Shown here: piece by piece, positions 58,322 through 64,000 of the stretch
Layout: every line of letters begins with the position of its first letter
How positions within the stretch are numbered: the stretch's first letter is position 1
Source: a virus
Taxonomy: Duplodnaviria; Caudoviricetes
DNA: 64,000 nucleotides
Reading direction: 5' to 3' (one strand)
Virus record (IMG/VR): IMGVR_UViG_3300005611_002069
Location: 8,238-72,237 of that record
Notes under the pieces: model-generated
The model's input: only the letters and a program-made list of their open reading frames with translations
Told to the model about the DNA's origin: nothing
Database searches by the model: none
Program-made: the position numbers and the translations under genes

Positions 58322-58667
58322 ACTTATCGAATTTTAGTGCATCTAGATTTCTATCGTACCAATAAATAAAATAATTTAAACCGAAGCCAACAATAAATTT
58401 ATATTCTGCAAAAGCTGCTGCATGTTTATCTTCTCTACTAGGTAATGGTTGTTCTTCTCCAGGATGAGAATGAAATATACCCCAAATTTGATCGTCATAT
58501 TTAATTAAAGCTCCAGGATCTAATTCAAAGGTTATAGTAGGAGTATTACTTAAATTATCAACTCTTACGTAGGAAAAGTCCTTAAGAATAATGCCACAAG
58601 CTTCTCTTGGATAATCTTCTTCAGCGTGAGCCTGCATTTCATAAATTAATTTATCGAACCGTTCCAT
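58293..58667 (-). CDS. stand-alone JAB/MPN domain protein (gpK N-terminal half)
   Basis: YPREACG, FHSHP..PSREDK. Confidence 0.88.
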   Translation of the reverse strand: MERFDKLIYEMQAHAEEDYPREACGIILKDFSYVRVDNLSNTPTITFELDPGALIKYDDQIWGIFHSHPGEEQPLPSREDKHAAAFAEYKFIVGFGLNYFIYWYDRNLDALKFDKFESKHLGND

Positions 58668-59092
58668 CTATATATTCCTGTTGTATATTGTTTATAATAA
58701 TTACCATATGGAGCAACCCAACTAACGTGACCTAACATAGTTTGTAAAATTCTGTTCTTGTCAATATATATTGCGCAGTGGTTACTAATATTAGTAGAGC
58801 CAATACTCATCAGAATAATATCATAGAGTTTTGGCTCTTCGTTAACCTTTTTAAAAATGTGAGAAAACTTTTTAAAACCATCTTCATAAAACCGATCAGT
58901 AGTTTTACTATACCAGTCTTCATCAACTATATTACAGAAATCCCAACTACGTTGTTTGACATCTATATTAAGATGATCTTTGTAAATATACATACAAAGA
59001 TTCCAGCAATCAATACCAGTTTTAGGGTCATTTCCTAAATGCTTATAAGGGTAGTCAGTATATTTATAGTACCACTTGTCTATAGGCTGCAT
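58646..59092 (-). CDS. NlpC/P60 protein (gpK C-terminal half); likely start 59092
   Basis: YPYKHLG..GIDCWNL, NHCAIYID. Confidence 0.85.
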   Translation of the reverse strand: MQPIDKWYYKYTDYPYKHLGNDPKTGIDCWNLCMYIYKDHLNIDVKQRSWDFCNIVDEDWYSKTTDRFYEDGFKKFSHIFKKVNEEPKLYDIILMSIGSTNISNHCAIYIDKNRILQTMLGHVSWVAPYGNYYKQYTTGIYRWNGSIN

Positions 59093-59492
59093 AAATTTTT
59101 TCACTCCAATAATTATCAATAGTTGTAATCATAGAGTGAGCCCCCTCCTCTAGATGTAACATTCTCATATTGTTATCAATCAGCATACCAAAGTGAATCG
59201 GATTTTCACTTTTTAATGATCTAAAAACTATTACATCATAAATTTGCAATTCTGTCAATGATACTTTTGTTGCATACAGTGAAGCCCAGTCATCAATGTT
59301 CTTAAGACTGATTTCCTTCATCCATCTTCTAGTAGAAATATTTTTATTTTGATTTTTTATTAATTCAAATAGCTTTTCAAATATATTGCTTTTTAACTCG
59401 TTTTTATAAAAGCTTGCAATTAGCGTAATGCAATTAGTTCCTGAATATCTATGTGATAGCCCAAGATAATTTTTTATATTTTTCGATACCAT
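59064..59492 (-). CDS. second NlpC/P60-like protein
   Basis: GTNCITLI, YDVIVF, IHFGMLID..MLH. Confidence 0.75.
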   Translation of the reverse strand: MVSKNIKNYLGLSHRYSGTNCITLIASFYKNELKSNIFEKLFELIKNQNKNISTRRWMKEISLKNIDDWASLYATKVSLTELQIYDVIVFRSLKSENPIHFGMLIDNNMRMLHLEEGAHSMITTIDNYWSEKIYAAYRQVVL

Positions 59493-60661
59493 TCTGCATA
59501 CTCTGGAAAAGTTGCTTCAAAACTTTCATTCCTGCTTAAATCTAAGGCAGTGTTAAATTTTTTAAGTTCGGGTAATAAATGTGAATTATCAGCTCGATTC
59601 ATATGTCTTAGAGAATTTAGAATTGTGTTTATCTCGTTTTTACTAAATAAACTTTGATGCTTAGTAAGAAACTTTTTATATTTTTCATTAATAAATTTTT
59701 TAGTTTCAAGAGGTAACACGCTTGTATCCATAAATGATGGACTTATTAAATTAGTGATAAAAAGCGAGATATTTAATTTTTTCAAGTGCAAGATAAGTTC
59801 TGGATTTGAAAGTATAGAATATACATTTCCCGTTGCACTTACTGTTTCTATATAGTCTTTGAACACATTCAGATTTTCTGCAAAAGTTTTCCAAACAAAT
59901 CCTTTTCTACTGTATTCAACATGTTCTTTATAGCCTTCAACACTAGGCCATAATTTAACCTTATCAAACTTTTTCCATAGTTGAACTATGTCATATTTTT
60001 TAAACTTTGAATATGAGAGATTAGAGTTATATTGTAATTCAACATCTGTCTTACCTTTATCTATAAGAAATTCTAACATTTTGTACATACCATCTTGAAC
60101 AAAAGGCTCTCCTCCAGCAAAATAAATAGTATCAATTGTTTTATATATTTTCTCCATGTCGTCCCAGAATTCAGGGTTATTAGTCCAATAGTCTAAACTT
60201 TGAACTTCATTACCAGCAGCATTAAAAGGTGCTAAGTGTTTTTCTCTAAACCAGGAAGTTGAAGCATCAGGACCACACATTCGGCATTTGAAATTACACA
60301 AGTTACCAAATCTAAAATCAAGCCATACAGGAGGATTTTTAACAGATCCATCTTTTTCAGTTTTTCTCTGAAGCGGAGCATATTTTCCAAATCTTTGATT
60401 AACTCTATTTCTATGACTATCTTGTCCAGATTTTTCTATGTCATAGCATACATCACACTCTACTGGGTGCTGACCTTGTAAAAATTGTAGTCTTTTTTTC
60501 TTATACAAATCATTATTCCACACTTCAAGTGGTGCTGCGCCATTAGTCCCAAGTTTTTTCTCGCCAGGACCCATGTAATTATCGGTATGACAACATAGGC
60601 TATAATCTCCTCTAATGTCTCCGTACATATGAATCCAAGGCATAATACATCCTTTAATCAT
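59474..60661 (-). CDS. radical SAM enzyme with N-terminal Twitch domain
   Basis: CIMPW..SLCC..ECDVC then NLCNFKCRMC, FAGGEP. Confidence 0.9.
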   Translation of the reverse strand: MIKGCIMPWIHMYGDIRGDYSLCCHTDNYMGPGEKKLGTNGAAPLEVWNNDLYKKKRLQFLQGQHPVECDVCYDIEKSGQDSHRNRVNQRFGKYAPLQRKTEKDGSVKNPPVWLDFRFGNLCNFKCRMCGPDASTSWFREKHLAPFNAAGNEVQSLDYWTNNPEFWDDMEKIYKTIDTIYFAGGEPFVQDGMYKMLEFLIDKGKTDVELQYNSNLSYSKFKKYDIVQLWKKFDKVKLWPSVEGYKEHVEYSRKGFVWKTFAENLNVFKDYIETVSATGNVYSILSNPELILHLKKLNISLFITNLISPSFMDTSVLPLETKKFINEKYKKFLTKHQSLFSKNEINTILNSLRHMNRADNSHLLPELKKFNTALDLSRNESFEATFPEYAEWYRKI

Positions 60662-62250
60662 TGTCTAGGTATAGTTCTTCCAGTCGCAGGGAAGCCTCCA
60701 AAGTGAATTTGATTGTTTCTTAGCTGACATGATCTGATTGATTTTCCGCATACGTCTAAGTCGTTACTGGCTGCAGTTTCATTTGCTGCTGTAATTGGGT
60801 TAGTATTAGCTTGTAATACAGGGTTTGAGGTGCCCGGAATAGAACCACCCCCAGGTCCAGGATATTGGCATTCAGGTCCTTTATATACCCATTGACAGGT
60901 ATTTTTATAAAACTTTCTTTTTGGAACAGCCAATCTAAAATATTGAAGCCATGATATTAAACCAAATCTTGCTACATTCTCATCTAAACTTTCTAAATTA
61001 TCTATTTTGAAAACATCTTCTATATATGCTTCGGTATCTGCTTCAGGATTAACTATGTAAATATTATCTCCAACAGAAGTATTAGCATCTAAAGATCTAT
61101 CCAAAAATAAAAACCTATTTTCCTCAATTCTAGTGATAGTTGCCTCAGTTGTACCAAATTGTCCTTTTACGTTATCATTTACTCTGTAGGGTAAAGCACT
61201 AAGAACTTCTATTACGTTTGAAGAGATATATCTAGCACTACTATATTCTGGCCAAAAATCTAAAAAGTTTGCAAAAGTAGTTTTAACTTCAACAACCCCA
61301 CCTAATAAATCTCTTGTATCTTGTTTTTGTTCTTGCCAATCAGCAGTGCTACTATGAGCGATTGTCTCGCTATAAGTCCATGCAGCATTAGCTCTACCAT
61401 ATCTACCGACAACTTCAGCGCTATAGTTTAAATCTGCATTAGCTCTAGCGCGGGTCATTGCATGAAATCCCTCTGTTCCTGTTGTATAGTCAGAAGCTTC
61501 TGCATCTACAGTTCTAGGATCAATACCATGTACAAGCTCATCATTGACAAGGGCTACGACAGAATTTGAACTATTATTACCAGCTAAAAAAGGATTCTCT
61601 ACAAATGTACTAATTATATTGTCAAAGTTTGATATACTAATAGTTACTTCATTTATTTTTCCATCACTACCAGACTCAACAGTAGAAAAATCTACAGGAA
61701 AAGGAATATATTCTTTTTTATCATAGTTAATTCGGTATACAGAATCACTTTGAGTATCTCCCACAATCTCTGCGAATCTTAAAGGTATATCTACAGGCCA
61801 AGATCTACCTTCACCTTGACCAGCTGGATTACCGTTAGAATTAGGAGGATACCACTCACCTGGATAATATAGAGAATAAAGTCTAACAATCTGATTTTGA
61901 GTGAAAGCATTTTTTTCAGCAATAAATGGTGAGTTTGATATTGAAGATATTGTTGTACTAGCAACGGTAGTATTACTTGAAAACGTATTAGCCTGGAATG
62001 GTAAACTAGTAGTGGCTAACGCTCCATTAGCACTAGTAGACATCACTGTGCCTATATCTTGTAACGTTTCTCCAGATGAGAACTCTCGAGATACATTATC
62101 AACTTTTACTTTTATCGTATTTGATGCTGCATCTACATTAGCAATAACAGCTTGTGTAGTTGACGTGGCACCAACTACTGTATTACCGTTTCTAAAGCCT
62201 GTAGCATCGGCAACAGTTAAAATAAAGTCATATGTTCTTACTGTGGGCAT
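60658..62250 (-). CDS. minor tail protein L (lambda gpL-like, Fe-S) with N-terminal extension
   Basis: CQWVYKGPEC..DVCGKSIRSC..HFGGFP four-Cys C-terminus. Confidence 0.88.
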   Translation of the reverse strand: MPTVRTYDFILTVADATGFRNGNTVVGATSTTQAVIANVDAASNTIKVKVDNVSREFSSGETLQDIGTVMSTSANGALATTSLPFQANTFSSNTTVASTTISSISNSPFIAEKNAFTQNQIVRLYSLYYPGEWYPPNSNGNPAGQGEGRSWPVDIPLRFAEIVGDTQSDSVYRINYDKKEYIPFPVDFSTVESGSDGKINEVTISISNFDNIISTFVENPFLAGNNSSNSVVALVNDELVHGIDPRTVDAEASDYTTGTEGFHAMTRARANADLNYSAEVVGRYGRANAAWTYSETIAHSSTADWQEQKQDTRDLLGGVVEVKTTFANFLDFWPEYSSARYISSNVIEVLSALPYRVNDNVKGQFGTTEATITRIEENRFLFLDRSLDANTSVGDNIYIVNPEADTEAYIEDVFKIDNLESLDENVARFGLISWLQYFRLAVPKRKFYKNTCQWVYKGPECQYPGPGGGSIPGTSNPVLQANTNPITAANETAASNDLDVCGKSIRSCQLRNNQIHFGGFPATGRTIPRQ

Positions 62251-63833
62251 TAATCAAATGTTTCCTGTAATTTAAAACTAACAGTATAAAAGTTATCTCT
62301 CAAGTTTGAAGAGGCACCTAATACTTGAGTAACATTCAGAGGGCCATCAAAACGTACGGTAGCAGTTCCAGATTCATTTATGTGTCCTAAATCAAAAGTA
62401 AATGACTCGAACTCTCCACTTCTAGCAGTATAAAAGTCATCAATTGCTCTTTTACCTATACCGTGTAAATTTGTGTACTGAAGATCGTATTGTCTTTTTG
62501 ACCTTCTTGATTTCAGTCTTCTTTTTTCATATCCTGCTTGGCTTTGAAAGATAGTAGTATCAAAGGCTCTAGTAGAAGAAAAGCCTACGTCTGGTCTTCT
62601 ATCCGCCATTGAAGTAAATCTATCATCTTTTTCAACAGTGCCTTGATATACTCTGATATCTAAAGTGTCTTGATTATCAACTGCACCTAAAGCTCCTCCT
62701 CCTAGTTTGGTAGGAGCAGAGGTCATTGCTTCCGTGCCTAAGCCACTATATTTAGATGACCTTGAAAATCTTACAGCATCAACCTTGCCATCAAAAAATT
62801 CTCCTGTATTGAATCTACCTATATTAACATTTCCACTAACCGTGTTACCAAATACTTTTTGCCCTACCGCCACTCTCGCGTTATTAACATAAAGACTAGC
62901 GGTCTCATCATCTCTTGAAACACTTAATGCAACATGATAAAAAGAACCTGTGTTAATAGTGCCACCATATAATTCATGTATAACACCTTCTATAGCAGAT
63001 ACATATCCAATTGTATTATTAGAACCAACTGTCCTAACAACTATGTAGTTGTTTGTGGCTTGATAGCGAGAAAATATAGTTCCATTTGCGCTTAGAGAGT
63101 CTGGATTAACAAAAGCTTCAAACGTGAAATCGTCACCATTTAAATCAAATATAGCTTTATCACCATAATCTAAGAAATGAGAACTTCCGTTTAAGTCTAC
63201 AGACTTAGAACCAAAAGCTGCTGTGCTTGAGTATGTTTTAGTAGTAGAATTTAGATCTGTTTGCGCAATATCAGACTCATCTGTAGCATTTTCACTCTCA
63301 AAGTTAAGTAGCAGTTTTGTGGCATCATCTGCAATATCTATTCCAGAAGTACCTAAAGTTACACTTGGAAATGTAAATGCTGATGATTGCTGTAAAACAC
63401 CTGATAAAAACACTAAGAGAGAATTTGCATCGCTTACGTTAGACCCGACAGGTAATGCAAAACTCTCTTGATCTGCATTTACTAAGTAGGTGTTACCGTC
63501 AACTATTGTAGCTGATGTATTACTATAAGTGACTGCACCAGTAACTTCTGTTTTTCTACTTATCTGAAAGCGTTGTGGGAGACTAATAGTTTTTAGTTGT
63601 AGAGTAGTCGCATTAGGAGCTGTGACGAAACTTACAGTGGCACCTGCGTTTGTGACTGCATAAGTAGTAGTATCTTGTACGGCACCGTCAATTGAAGCTA
63701 TAACTTCGCTCTCACGTGTTACACTTGAAGGTAAATTAAAATCTGTTGTAGAGCCTGTACTGTTAAAAGTAGCCGTTGCTAAAACAGCAAACTCTGAAGT
63801 ATTAGCTGTAGCATCATTTGGATACGTTGCCAT
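62250..63833 (-). CDS. distal tail/M-like protein carrying a LamG (ConA-like) domain
   Basis: DFTFEAFV..FYHVA..YVNN..GKVDAVR LamG; C-terminal GYEKRR..IDDFY..FTFD gpM-like domain. Confidence 0.8.
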   Translation of the reverse strand: MATYPNDATANTSEFAVLATATFNSTGSTTDFNLPSSVTRESEVIASIDGAVQDTTTYAVTNAGATVSFVTAPNATTLQLKTISLPQRFQISRKTEVTGAVTYSNTSATIVDGNTYLVNADQESFALPVGSNVSDANSLLVFLSGVLQQSSAFTFPSVTLGTSGIDIADDATKLLLNFESENATDESDIAQTDLNSTTKTYSSTAAFGSKSVDLNGSSHFLDYGDKAIFDLNGDDFTFEAFVNPDSLSANGTIFSRYQATNNYIVVRTVGSNNTIGYVSAIEGVIHELYGGTINTGSFYHVALSVSRDDETASLYVNNARVAVGQKVFGNTVSGNVNIGRFNTGEFFDGKVDAVRFSRSSKYSGLGTEAMTSAPTKLGGGALGAVDNQDTLDIRVYQGTVEKDDRFTSMADRRPDVGFSSTRAFDTTIFQSQAGYEKRRLKSRRSKRQYDLQYTNLHGIGKRAIDDFYTARSGEFESFTFDLGHINESGTATVRFDGPLNVTQVLGASSNLRDNFYTVSFKLQETFD

Positions 63834-64000
63834 TATGCGCCTCCTCTCATAGATTTACGGATTGGGCCATTATTTCTTAAGTCTCTGGTCACAATATCTA
63901 TAACAATAGCATCAACATCCATACGTGGTGTAGCAGTTGTTGCCTCTTGTGGAGTGCCTTCATTTTTGACTTGAACCTTAATATTCGGCATACCTCCAGC
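63833..64000 (-). CDS. C-terminal end of probable tape measure protein (partial)
   Basis: open frame ...MDVDAIVIDIVTRDLRNNGPIRKSMRGGA*; TAATG coupling to the M-like gene. Confidence 0.65.
   Translation of the reverse strand, partial: AGGMPNIKVQVKNEGTPQEATTATPRMDVDAIVIDIVTRDLRNNGPIRKSMRGGA

Noticed and set aside
48331-63471. Plus-strand ORFs inside tail genes (48331, 52285, 61901 etc.)
   Set aside because: Shadows of Ala/Thr-rich structural genes; no independent signals
1-64000. CRISPR array, tRNAs, introns or homing endonucleases, stop-codon recoding, known 7-deazaguanine or Z-base genes
   Set aside because: No repeat-spacer array, cloverleaf, HNH/LAGLIDADG/GIY-YIG motif, or folE/queD/dpdA/purZ recognised; core genes are intact in the standard code

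Overview
A 64-kb slice of a large, AT-rich lytic tailed-phage genome with a T5-like (Demerecviridae-type) replication backbone and a lambda-like tail tip. A marine proteobacterial host is plausible from the auxiliary genes but is not shown by the sequence. The + strand (1-44.8 kb) carries the T5-syntenic core: PC4-like, D3, ThyX, NAD ligase, D5, D6 helicase, primase, PolA, D10, D11, D12/D13 (SbcCD), NrdAB, PhoH, D14, D15 and a Dut-like gene. Many junctions of this core are interrupted by modifying enzymes: sugar-nucleotide dehydratase/epimerase, five or more glycosyltransferases, four Fe(II)/2OG-type oxygenases, methyltransferases, a B12 radical SAM, a PP-loop enzyme, DadA, IscA, a CntL/nicotianamine-synthase-like protein, and a cupin-PLP-StrB1-like amidinotransferase cassette. 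The - strand (44.8-64 kb) is the late operon: tape-measure end, M/Dit, L, K-like JAB and NlpC/P60, I, a J with an N-terminal Hint domain, fibres, two embedded radical SAM genes and a run of tiny very basic proteins. Top leads are the streptidine-pathway-like guanidinylation cassette, a hairpin cluster with C-GDA-G loops just upstream of the SbcD nuclease, the +1-Lys Hint domain in J, and radical SAM genes inside the structural operon. No tRNA, rRNA, CRISPR array, IS or homing endonuclease was recognised. All family assignments come from motif recognition by eye, not database searches.
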